From assembly GCA_965195285.1 (NCBI GenBank), contig CBDAFS010000020.1, positions 1-55,668 of the forward strand: a stretch of DNA of 55,668 nucleotides. The letters run 5' to 3'. The notes under the pieces are model-generated. The model was not told where the DNA came from, searched no databases, and saw only the letters and a program-made list of their open reading frames with translations. This stretch comes from an uncultured Aminicenantes bacterium (GTDB lineage Bacteria; Acidobacteriota; Aminicenantia; UBA2199). Positions within the stretch are counted from its first letter, which is position 1; the number at the start of each line of letters is the position of its first letter. The translations under genes and the position numbers were made by a program. Of the stretch, positions 17,673-28,828 are shown one piece after another.

Positions 17673-19499
17673 ATGGATAGTTATGAAATTTACAAAAACT
17701 ATATTTTTTTCAAACAACTTCATAATGATTTTAGCGGAAAAAATTTCCGGGGCGGTGAAACAGAAAACAACCGACCGATAAATCACAAGCTTTTAACCGA
17801 TGTGCATCCATTTTTATTTAAAGACAAAAATATCTGGAATCGGATCAACATTCTGCTGGAAGGCGTTTCCAAATCAAAAATCCCCCACCTGTATTCTCCT
17901 GAAAAAATTGTCCAGGAAGATGACCGGACATTGCTGGTATTCCCGTATATCAAAGGGAAAACCCTCGAACAGATCCTGGATGACTCGGAAAAAGGCGATA
18001 ACCCGATTAACTTTGACCTGGCCTTCTCCATTGTTCTGTCTATTGCCGAATTAATCGATGTCGGTAGTTCAATTGTGGTGAGTGGAAAAAAATCATTTCA
18101 CGGGTTTCTGACTCCGGACAATATTCTGGTCGATTATGATGGAAACATTTTATTGAAAAATTACGGTATATGCCCCTATATTGAGAATTATGATACGGTT
18201 TACGAAGAACTGGTCCAGAGATACGGTTCCTTGCTCACCCCTGAATTTATCAGAAAGGAGAAAATTGTTTCTCAATCAGACATCTATCACCTGGGATTCA
18301 TACTTTTCAGGATATTAACCGGAAAATACTTCTCCTATTCCGAAGGAGAAGATTTCGAATCAAAATTTGCCAATTTGAGTTTCAAATTCGATATCCCATC
18401 CACTGACAAGGATTTCTTAACCAATCTCATCAATTTCTTTAAAAGAACCCTCAATCCGGATCCCATGAAGCGGTTTTCCTTTATCAGGGAGTTCAAGGAC
18501 TATATCACGAATTACTTCCACATTGAAGAATTGTCCTCCATTACCTTTAACCTGGCCTATTTCATGAATTCACTGTATGCCGATGCCTCGGCCGATGATG
18601 AGAAAGAACTGTCTCAGGAACTGTCCTATACCATTCCCGAAGAACCCGAAGAAAAGGAAGAAGAAAAAATAGAAGAACCAGTGGCTCGCGAGCCCCAGCC
18701 CCGGGTTGTTGACAGCGCGCTGACCGAATTGGAAGAAGAAAAACCCAAACCCAAGATTAAGGCATTTATCCCGATCATTGCTGCCATACTGGTGGTGATT
18801 GTCGGTGTGACCGGCTTTCTGTATATCAATCAGCAAAAGAAAGCCGATCAGGCTCGCCAGGAAACCATTCAGAAGCAGAAGAAAGTGGGAGAAAGACAGG
18901 CCCAGATCGAACGGGAATACCTGGAAAGACTCAAATCACTGGAAGAAAAAATCACCACCACCGAAATAGAACAGCTAACCAAGGATGATGAAATCACCAG
19001 GTTACAGGAATGGAAAACCGAGCAGGAAAAAATTGCCCGGGATAAACTGAAAGCAGCCGAAACAGCCAAAAAACAGAAAGAAGAAGCCGATCAAAAGAAA
19101 AAAGATGCGGCCGAACAAAAGAAAAAAGATGAGGCCGAACAAAAGAAAAAAGATGAACTGGAAAGAAAAAAAAGAGAAAAAGTCCTTGAAAAACCAAATG
19201 AAGGTGATTTGATCGCGGTCACCGTGCTTACCCGGAAACCGGAAAAACTGGAAGGTAAGAATCCCAAATTCTCACCCTTCATGAGGAAAAAATATAAAGG
19301 TAAGGAAATGACGGTTCGCTCTTCGCTGTTGATCGATGAAAACGGCAATGTGTCGAAGATTAAAATCCTGGGTGATGTACCGGCGGATATCAAGGCCACC
19401 ATCATCATGAGCATTGGCAGCTGGAAGTACAGCCCGGCCGAAAAAAACCGGGTCAAGGTGAAAGTTTGGATTCAGGTTCCCATGAAAATTTCTTTTTAA
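17673..19499 (+). CDS. Protein kinase-like (pseudokinase) domain, TM helix, coiled coil, TonB C-terminal domain
   Basis: Kinase-fold motifs (GKTLEQIL, HGFLTPDNILV, LKNYG, LTPE, SDIYHLG..LFRILTG), one TM, K/E-rich stalk, TonB_C-like IDENGNV...WKYSPA.K..VKV. Confidence 0.8.
   Translation: MDSYEIYKNYIFFKQLHNDFSGKNFRGGETENNRPINHKLLTDVHPFLFKDKNIWNRINILLEGVSKSKIPHLYSPEKIVQEDDRTLLVFPYIKGKTLEQILDDSEKGDNPINFDLAFSIVLSIAELIDVGSSIVVSGKKSFHGFLTPDNILVDYDGNILLKNYGICPYIENYDTVYEELVQRYGSLLTPEFIRKEKIVSQSDIYHLGFILFRILTGKYFSYSEGEDFESKFANLSFKFDIPSTDKDFLTNLINFFKRTLNPDPMKRFSFIREFKDYITNYFHIEELSSITFNLAYFMNSLYADASADDEKELSQELSYTIPEEPEEKEEEKIEEPVAREPQPRVVDSALTELEEEKPKPKIKAFIPIIAAILVVIVGVTGFLYINQQKKADQARQETIQKQKKVGERQAQIEREYLERLKSLEEKITTTEIEQLTKDDEITRLQEWKTEQEKIARDKLKAAETAKKQKEEADQKKKDAAEQKKKDEAEQKKKDELERKKREKVLEKPNEGDLIAVTVLTRKPEKLEGKNPKFSPFMRKKYKGKEMTVRSSLLIDENGNVSKIKILGDVPADIKATIIMSIGSWKYSPAEKNRVKVKVWIQVPMKISF
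19086..19156 (+). repeat. Three coding 24-bp tandem repeats (AEQKKKDE)
   Basis: GCCGAWCAAAAGAAAAAAGATG repeated at 19086, 19110 and 19134. Confidence 0.8.
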
Positions 19500-19594
19500 A
19501 AAATCTGACAGAATCTTTTTTTCTATCATATTATTTCGGATAAGGACGGATTTTAGCGTATTGTTTAGGTGTAAATTTTTTAGGAAATTAAATA

Positions 19595-20608
19595 ATGAAA
19601 ATTTTAAAAAATCTTTTTTACGGAACAATAATTGGTGTTGCCAACATCATTCCCGGTGTTTCCGGGGGGACAATGGCACTGGTACTGGGTTTTTATAAAC
19701 GCCTTATTGTTTCAATTCAAAACATTTCTCCGAGAACAATAATCATATTTTTAAAAGTATTTACTTTTAAAAAAGAGAATGTTGAAAAATTCAAAGATGA
19801 AGTAAAGCGAATAGAATTGATTTTTCTGGTTACAATCACTGCTGGCGCCCTTATTGCTGTTGTGGTTCTGTCAGAATTAATGATTTATTTATTAAATAAT
19901 TTTCATGACCCCACATATGGATTTTTCTTCGGATTGGTACTGGTTTCAGTGATTGCTCCTTATAAAATAATAAATAAAAAAACAATAAGCTGTTTTTTGG
20001 TTTTTCTCATTGCCGTTATGGTTATACTTGCTGTTTCTTTTTCTGCTTCAGGAGATACATTGCTAAAAAAAGCTCAGATAAAGCATGAAATGAAAATGAA
20101 AAAAGCCGATATCCAGACTGACAAAATTGAAAAAGAAAATAATAAATTTAACATCCTTACATTATCATATTTCTTTCTCCTGGGAGCAGTTGCCATTTCT
20201 GCCATGATTCTGCCGGGGGTCAGCGGATCATTTCTCTTGTTATTGATGGGAGGATATTTTACAATTTTAAAAGCAATCACCAACCGTAATTACATAATAT
20301 TAATTATATTTTCTGCCGGTTGTCTGGTTGGAATTGCGATTTTTAGCCGTTTTTTAAATTTTTTATTAAAACGATGGCACAATCAGACAATGAGTTTTCT
20401 TGTCGGGCTGGTGATTGGATCCCTATGGATAATATGGCCGTTTAAGACATCAGCAAAAGTAGGAGATGAGATCATCTATTTGACCAACAGAATTCCCAAT
20501 GCCATTGGAACCAATGAAATATATACATTTCTTACCACTATGTTAGGGATAGGAATAGTAGCTGTCATCCTGATTATTGAATCAAAAGAGAAATTTGAAG
20601 ACAGTTAG
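19595..20608 (+). CDS. DUF368 membrane protein (putative undecaprenyl-phosphate translocase)
   Basis: Duplicated IPGVSGG / ILPGVSGS motifs; multiple TMs. Confidence 0.9.
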   Translation: MKILKNLFYGTIIGVANIIPGVSGGTMALVLGFYKRLIVSIQNISPRTIIIFLKVFTFKKENVEKFKDEVKRIELIFLVTITAGALIAVVVLSELMIYLLNNFHDPTYGFFFGLVLVSVIAPYKIINKKTISCFLVFLIAVMVILAVSFSASGDTLLKKAQIKHEMKMKKADIQTDKIEKENNKFNILTLSYFFLLGAVAISAMILPGVSGSFLLLLMGGYFTILKAITNRNYIILIIFSAGCLVGIAIFSRFLNFLLKRWHNQTMSFLVGLVIGSLWIIWPFKTSAKVGDEIIYLTNRIPNAIGTNEIYTFLTTMLGIGIVAVILIIESKEKFEDS

Positions 20609-20613
20609 AATAA

Positions 20614-21363
20614 TTATTTAAACAGTCCGGTTATTGCTTTCAAATGTTTCTTTGAATTTAAATCATAATGAATCGTACTCAAAGATATACACCCATTCTT
20701 TGTAGCCCATATATCAGTTCCCTTTTTACCTTGATAGGCCGGAGTTCCGGTACCAATCCAGTAATATTTTTTACCACGGGGATCTTTCTTTTCTATAATC
20801 TCTGGCTTATATCTTTTATAACCCAGAGAAGTGACCAGGATCTTCCCATTGTTCTTAAAAGGGATATTCACATTATATACTACAGGATTATTTTTAATAT
20901 TAAAAAGTTTTTTTAAAATTTCTTCGGTTATTTCAGTTCCATTTTTCACATCAAAAATTAAACTGCCGTCACTTTGTTGACCGGGAATGAGAGAAACTGC
21001 CATGGAGGGAATTCCATATAAAAATCCTGCAAAGGCCCCGCCAACCGTGCCGGAAAAATAAATATCCTCGGACAGGTTTTCTCCCAGATTCATCCCCGAA
21101 ACAATGAAATCGGGGCTAGCGGGCAGTATTTTCTGAATCGCCATATTCACACAGTCGGTCGGAGTACCGTCAATGGCATATATTCTTTTTTCTTTCTTTT
21201 CGATTCGCAGGGGGTGGTTCAGGGTCAGGGCCATGCTGATGGCACTCCTCTCACGGTCAGGGGCCACAACATACACCTCATATTTTTTGGAAAGACGGTC
21301 TTTCAGGGCAGTAATTCCCTTTGATAAACAACCATCGTCATTGGTCAACAATACGGTTTTCAT
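20614..21363 (-). CDS. surE: 5'/3'-nucleotidase SurE
   Basis: LLTNDDG, VVAPDRERSA, DGTPTDCV, SGMNLGEN, SGTVG. Confidence 0.95.
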   Translation of the reverse strand: MKTVLLTNDDGCLSKGITALKDRLSKKYEVYVVAPDRERSAISMALTLNHPLRIEKKEKRIYAIDGTPTDCVNMAIQKILPASPDFIVSGMNLGENLSEDIYFSGTVGGAFAGFLYGIPSMAVSLIPGQQSDGSLIFDVKNGTEITEEILKKLFNIKNNPVVYNVNIPFKNNGKILVTSLGYKRYKPEIIEKKDPRGKKYYWIGTGTPAYQGKKGTDIWATKNGCISLSTIHYDLNSKKHLKAITGLFK

Positions 21364-21446
21364 TTTGCTTCAGAATGATAATTCTTTTCTACTTTCCGGA
21401 TTCACACTTCATTAATTGTTGATTTAAAAGTATGTATTAGAAAGAA

Positions 21447-21523
21447 TGGTCGGGACGAGTGGATTTGAACCACCGACCACACGCACCCCAAGCGTGTACG
21501 CTACCAGACTGCGCCACGTCCCG
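21447..21523 (-). tRNA. tRNA-Pro(GGG)
   Basis: CGGGACGTGGCGCAGTCTGGTAGCG...TT-GGG-GT...GTTCAAATCC...ACCA; familiar merR-tRNAPro-surE order. Confidence 0.97.
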
Positions 21524-21530
21524 AACAATG

Positions 21531-21902
21531 TTATCTTTTATCATTTTTATCAAGTATTGTCAATATTTCCTTCAGTTGTGACTTGATTGATTTTAATTTT
21601 TCAGGTTTTATTTGCTTGGGATAAACGCTGGAAGGAGAATTCTCCGAAAAAAGAAAATCGTTTTTCATTATGGCTTTCACCTTATCCTTTTCTACTTTCT
21701 CTATAATCAACAACTGTTTGATTTTCAACAGCAATTCCAGGTCCCTGCGGGTATAAAATTTTTCCCCGATATTATTCACCACCGGGCTGAATCCACCGAA
21801 CTCCTTTTCCCAGTAATCAATAACCTTTCCATCCAGACGGGTAATATTGATGACTTCCTTTTTTTTAAAGGTTAGTTTATCCGGAAGTTGAAAATCCATC
21901 AT
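21531..21902 (-). CDS. MerR-family HTH transcriptional regulator
   Basis: VIDYWEKEF...YTRRDLELLLKIKQLL; position upstream of tRNA-Pro/surE. Confidence 0.85.
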   Translation of the reverse strand: MMDFQLPDKLTFKKKEVINITRLDGKVIDYWEKEFGGFSPVVNNIGEKFYTRRDLELLLKIKQLLIIEKVEKDKVKAIMKNDFLFSENSPSSVYPKQIKPEKLKSIKSQLKEILTILDKNDKR

Positions 21903-22082
21903 TTGCCTGCAATTATGTTCATAGTATACACTATTTTTTTAAAATAAATCCTGCATATTTTATTTAACCCGATTTCCAGGTCAGCCGCTATTTCATGCAA
22001 CAGAAATTTTAATTGAACTTTCATTAAAAATCATATAAAATATGCAATCACTTTTTTTAGGTATTTGTAGCCGGGAGGAAAA

Positions 22083-22427
22083 ATGATTGTCAATAAAACC
22101 AGTGAAATCAAAAAAAGCCAGATTATCAAGGAGGGGGTCAAAGATGTCTGGGTTCAGTGGCTAATCGGGGAGAAATCCGGGGCACCGAATTTTTATTTGC
22201 GTTTGTTTGAGGTGGAAACGCGAGGCCACACCCCTTTTCATTCCCATTCCTGGGAACATGAGGTCTATATTCTGCAAGGATCGGGAGTGATCCATACCTC
22301 GGAAGGATCCATTTCAGTCGAAACCGGCCATTTTGCCCTGATCGAACCCGGAGAAAAGCACCAGTTCGAAAACAAAGGGGATCAAAAACTGAAATTTCTG
22401 TGCATCATCCCCAAAGAAGGCCTGTAG
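22083..22427 (+). CDS. Cupin-domain protein
   Basis: GHTPFHSHSWEHEVYILQG and PGEKHQFEN; GGAGG RBS. Confidence 0.9.
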   Translation: MIVNKTSEIKKSQIIKEGVKDVWVQWLIGEKSGAPNFYLRLFEVETRGHTPFHSHSWEHEVYILQGSGVIHTSEGSISVETGHFALIEPGEKHQFENKGDQKLKFLCIIPKEGL

Positions 22428-22428
22428 G

Positions 22429-22773
22429 TTATTTTCTTAAGACCGAGGAAATGAAATAATGCAGGAATACCATGATCAACAGCACCAATCCGAATGTAAT
22501 CCGGTGCCAGAGCGGATCTATTGCCGTGATCTTCAGAATCTCGATATAAAGAATGGGAAACCCGATTGACAGTAGAATATACACCTTTAAGAGAAAATGT
22601 CGTTCACCCCTTTTTATAAAAATAATGGAAGCCCAGCCAATGGCCGTACAGATGACCAGCATCAAGGTGGTATAATCTTCGGATTTCCAGGAAGAACGAA
22701 AAGCAAGTACATAAACCAGACCGGAAACCGCTGAAAACAGCCAGGGATAAAGAAAAATGGATTTTACTTTCAT
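22429..22773 (-). CDS. Hypothetical membrane protein (4 TM)
   Basis: 114-aa hydrophobic ORF directly downstream of a consensus promoter. Confidence 0.7.
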   Translation of the reverse strand: MKVKSIFLYPWLFSAVSGLVYVLAFRSSWKSEDYTTLMLVICTAIGWASIIFIKRGERHFLLKVYILLSIGFPILYIEILKITAIDPLWHRITFGLVLLIMVFLHYFISSVLRK

Positions 22774-22781
22774 TTGATAAT

Positions 22782-22810
22782 ATTGTATTTTTATTGTTGC
22801 GGGTTGTCAA
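22782..22810 (-). promoter_or_regulatory. Sigma70-type promoter
   Basis: TTGACA (22810-22805), 17 bp, TACAAT (22787-22782); ATG 8 nt downstream. Confidence 0.7.
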
Positions 22811-22863
22811 TAACCCGGCCCTATTTTTCAAAGACTGGTTCTAATGAACTCGGGGCAGAGACA

Positions 22864-23292
22864 TCATTTCTGTTCGACTTTGTTCAGGATATCCATTTTT
22901 ATTTTGAATTTTTTCTGCTCTTGCAAAGCCTGATCCAGTTCTTCAGGTGAAATCCCACCCTGCGGAGCTGACTGAATCTTACGGGTTAACTCCTGGTACC
23001 GGGATTCAATTTCAGCTTTATTCATATCTTCTTCTCTTTCAACCTGGTCGCTGATAATGATAATTTTATTTTCCATATTTTTTATGAAACCATCCTGAAT
23101 AAAAAGGTAGTGTTTAACCCCCTGAGTATCCCGATAGGCAATTTCACCAATACTTAAAATCGACACATAGGGAAGGTGATTCTCCAGAATACCGGCTTCG
23201 CCATAGTAGGCCGGAATATACAATTCAGTAATATTGGCCTTGACCACCACATCGGTAGAGGTAATGATTTCCAGTTCGATGTTTTCCGACAA
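22864..23292 (-). CDS. atpC: ATP synthase F1 epsilon subunit
   Basis: LEIITS...GEAGILENHLP; start reassigned to TTG 23292 with GGAG RBS just after the atpD stop. Confidence 0.9.
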   Translation of the reverse strand: MSENIELEIITSTDVVVKANITELYIPAYYGEAGILENHLPYVSILSIGEIAYRDTQGVKHYLFIQDGFIKNMENKIIIISDQVEREEDMNKAEIESRYQELTRKIQSAPQGGISPEELDQALQEQKKFKIKMDILNKVEQK

Positions 23293-23296
23293 TCCG

Positions 23297-25595
<2,299 letters not shown>

Positions 25596-25611
<16 letters not shown>

Positions 25612-27152
25612 GCTTCATTCGTTTCACTGCTCTGGCCTTCGATGATACTTTGAAATTCCTGAGCAAATTTTTTAAGTTCATCCTGTATGTTCTGCTCCAG
25701 TTCGGAGCCGATTACCTTTTTTTCCCGGATTTCCCGCAGTATATGGGGATGGTTTTTTTCAACAAAATCCAACATTTTTTTCTCATAAAGGGATAAGCGA
25801 TCAATAGGAAACTCATCCAGAAATCCGTGGGTTCCGGCATATAAGGCCAGAATTTGTTTTTCCACAGCAATGGGAACTCCCTGTTCCTGTTTCAGCAATT
25901 CGGACAATCGCTTTCCCCTTTCCAGCTGGGCAATGGTAGTTTTATCCAAATCGGCACCGAACTGGGTAAAAGCTGCCAATTCACGGTACTGAGCCAGGTC
26001 CAGTTTCAGGGAACCCGCCACCTGCTTCATGGCCTTTATCTGGGCATTGCCTCCCACCCTTGACACCGAGATACCCACATCAATGGCCGGTCTCTGTCCG
26101 GCATTGAACAGGTCCGGCAACAGGTATATCTGCCCATCGGTAATGGAAATCACGTTGGTGGGAATATATCCCGACACATCCGAAGCCTGGGTTTCGATAA
26201 TCGGCAAAGCAGTAAGGGAACCGCCGCCGTTTTTATTACTGAGCTTGGCAGCCCGTTCCAACAATCGGGAATGCAGATAAAAAATATCACCGGGATAGGC
26301 TTCCCGGCCTGGCGGGCGTCTCAACAACAGGGATATCTCCCGGTAGGCAACGGCATGTTTGGAAAGGTCATCATATATCAGCAAGGAATGCTGACCGTTA
26401 TCTCTGAAATACTCACCCATGGCACATCCGGCATAGGGGGCAATATACTGAAGAGCGGCCGGTTCCGAAGCACTGGCCACCACCACGATTGAATAGTCCA
26501 TGGCACCGGTCTCTTCCAGGGTTTTGACCACCTGGGCCACCGTGGATTGTTTCTGGCCGATGGCCACGTATATACAGATCATGTTCTGCCCTTTCTGATT
26601 GATTATGGTGTCGATGGCAATTGTGGTCTTACCGGTTTGGCGGTCACCGATAATCAATTCCCTCTGGCCCCGGCCAATGGGAATCATGGAATCAATGGCC
26701 TTTATCCCGGTCTGCAACGGTTCCTTAACCGGCACCCGGTCGATAACTCCGGGGGCAATGGCTTCGATGGGCATTAAGGTTTTGGTGTCCAGCGGTCCCT
26801 TGTCATCCAGAGGCTCACCCAGGGGATTGACCACCCGGCCCACCAGGGCTTCACCCGAGGGTATGGAGATAATTCTTCCGGTGCGGTGAACGATGTCACC
26901 TTCCTTGATCTTGTAACTTCCACCCAGGATAATGGAACCGACATTATCCTCTTCGAGATTCAGGGCAATGCCGTAGATCCCTTCCGGGAACTCCAGCAAT
27001 TCATTATACATGACATTTTCCAGCCCGTATATCTGAGCAATCCCGTCTCCAACCGATATGATAATTCCGGTTTCATCCTTGTCAAAATCCAGTTTGAATC
27101 CCTCGATTTTTTGTTTGATGAGCTTACTGATTTCTTCAACCTTTATTTGCAT
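25596..27152 (-). CDS. atpA: ATP synthase F1 alpha subunit
   Basis: [28 protein letters not shown]. Confidence 0.99.
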
Positions 27153-27729
27153 CACCTTCTCCTATTCGAACCAGTGATTCCGGTATCGAGATCTCCGTCA
27201 ACACTTCTCGTAATTTTTTTAAATTCCCTTCAATTGAAAAATCAAAATAGGTCGATCCCCTCTTGATTTTTATCCCCCCGATTAAAGACGGATCGGGTTG
27301 ATTTTCAATAATGATCTTCTTTTGGAATGATTTTTCAAGCTGTTGGATCAATTCGTTTTGCTGCCGGTCATCCAATGGAATGGCCGAGAGTACTGTTATT
27401 TTTTCGATGCCCTTTTTCTCAAACCAAAAATCCTCCAGAAAATCCACAATTTGATCCAGGAACATCATTCGGTTCTCTTCGATCAGGGCCAATAAGAAAT
27501 TGTGGGTTTTCGAATTCAGGTTCAATCGACCGTTAATGGATTCCAGGAGTTCCCGTTTTTGTTTCTTGGACAACAGCAGGGTCTCCATACTGGATTTAAA
27601 ATTGAGGTCCTTGGCCAGCAATTCAGCTAAAAAGACCATCTGTCCCTTGATTTCCCGGTATTCGTCTTCATCATGAACGGATTCTGCCATGGCCTTGGCA
27701 TATCTTTTGGCAATCGTACTTTCTTTCAT
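27136..27729 (-). CDS. atpH: ATP synthase delta subunit
   Basis: IAKRYAKA and DPSLIGG; operon position. Confidence 0.95.
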   Translation of the reverse strand: MKESTIAKRYAKAMAESVHDEDEYREIKGQMVFLAELLAKDLNFKSSMETLLLSKKQKRELLESINGRLNLNSKTHNFLLALIEENRMMFLDQIVDFLEDFWFEKKGIEKITVLSAIPLDDRQQNELIQQLEKSFQKKIIIENQPDPSLIGGIKIKRGSTYFDFSIEGNLKKLREVLTEISIPESLVRIGEGDANKG

Positions 27730-28328
27730 GCCTCTCCCGGTTTTGATTTTTCCTCACGCTTTGCGATGCCAGCCACCTTTTCAATGTTCCGATCAATCAT
27801 CTGACGGTGTTTGGCTTCATCCATTTGAGATGCAATATCCTTTTTGAAATGCTCTATGGTCATCTGGGCGATTCGGGCCTTCAAATCCTTCATCGATGAT
27901 TCAACCCGGTTCTTGATTTCCGTCTCGGTTATTTTAAGAATGCGCTGTGATTCCTGGGCACCCAGCTTTTCAATCTTGCTCTTTTCCTCTTCGCCTTTTG
28001 AACGGGCCAATTGCTGCATGTCTTTGACTTCATCCTGAATTTGATCCAGGCGCTGCTTGATTTTCTCAAATTGTTCCTCGGAAAGTGCGGCCTTTGTTTC
28101 CCTTTCAATAATGTCCGTTTTGATGTCAATGCTTTTCTGGGTGAGTAATTTGATGAGGGGTTTTCGCAAAAAGATAATCAGGGCCCCGAAGAGGATGGTG
28201 GAATTTAAAACGGAACCGATGAGACGGCCCCAGTCATAGTGGTGGGAATCATGACCTTCCGAACTGGCAGGCAACAGAAATACCATCAACAGGAAAAGGA
28301 ACAGGAAAACGTTGACTCTTTTACTCAT
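27726..28328 (-). CDS. atpF: ATP synthase F0 subunit b
   Basis: TM anchor (LNSTILFGALIIFLRKP) plus coiled coil; operon position. Confidence 0.88.
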   Translation of the reverse strand: MSKRVNVFLFLFLLMVFLLPASSEGHDSHHYDWGRLIGSVLNSTILFGALIIFLRKPLIKLLTQKSIDIKTDIIERETKAALSEEQFEKIKQRLDQIQDEVKDMQQLARSKGEEEKSKIEKLGAQESQRILKITETEIKNRVESSMKDLKARIAQMTIEHFKKDIASQMDEAKHRQMIDRNIEKVAGIAKREEKSKPGEA

Positions 28329-28738
28329 AAAAATGTGTCTCTAACTTTTTTACTGAACAATTCAATTTCATTGGAAAGATATTTCTCAGCCCGGATGATT
28401 TCCGCATCAAGCTGCTTCATTTTTTCGCCAAACAGAGATTTGGATTTTTTCCGGGTTTCAATGACAACCTGATCCCGAACCGCTTCACCCTTCTGAATTA
28501 ACTCCTCCTGTAGACGCATGGATTCTTTTCTGGATTCATTGAGTACTTTTTCGATATCCTGGGTTTTTTCTTCTATCTCCACAGTCATGGATTCCAGTTT
28601 ACGGGAATCCTGGCTGATTTTATTTTCCCTCTCATCGATAATCTTTCCCACCGGTTTAAAATAGATTTTATTCAGGATCTTCACCAGCAGCGAGATTAAA
28701 ATGATTACCACCAAGACGGATGCATCCAAATTTAGCAT
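28325..28738 (-). CDS. ATP synthase F0 subunit b'
   Basis: TM then LNKIYFKPV..IIDERE coiled coil; ATG 28738 preferred (alternative GTG 28753). Confidence 0.85.
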   Translation of the reverse strand: MLNLDASVLVVIILISLLVKILNKIYFKPVGKIIDERENKISQDSRKLESMTVEIEEKTQDIEKVLNESRKESMRLQEELIQKGEAVRDQVVIETRKKSKSLFGEKMKQLDAEIIRAEKYLSNEIELFSKKVRDTFL

Positions 28739-28828
28739 AATAATATTTATCACATCGAGGCTTTTAAATCAAGATAAATTTATGTCCATTGGGACATCTG
28801 CCCCGGTTTATTTTTGATGAAGCCAGGA

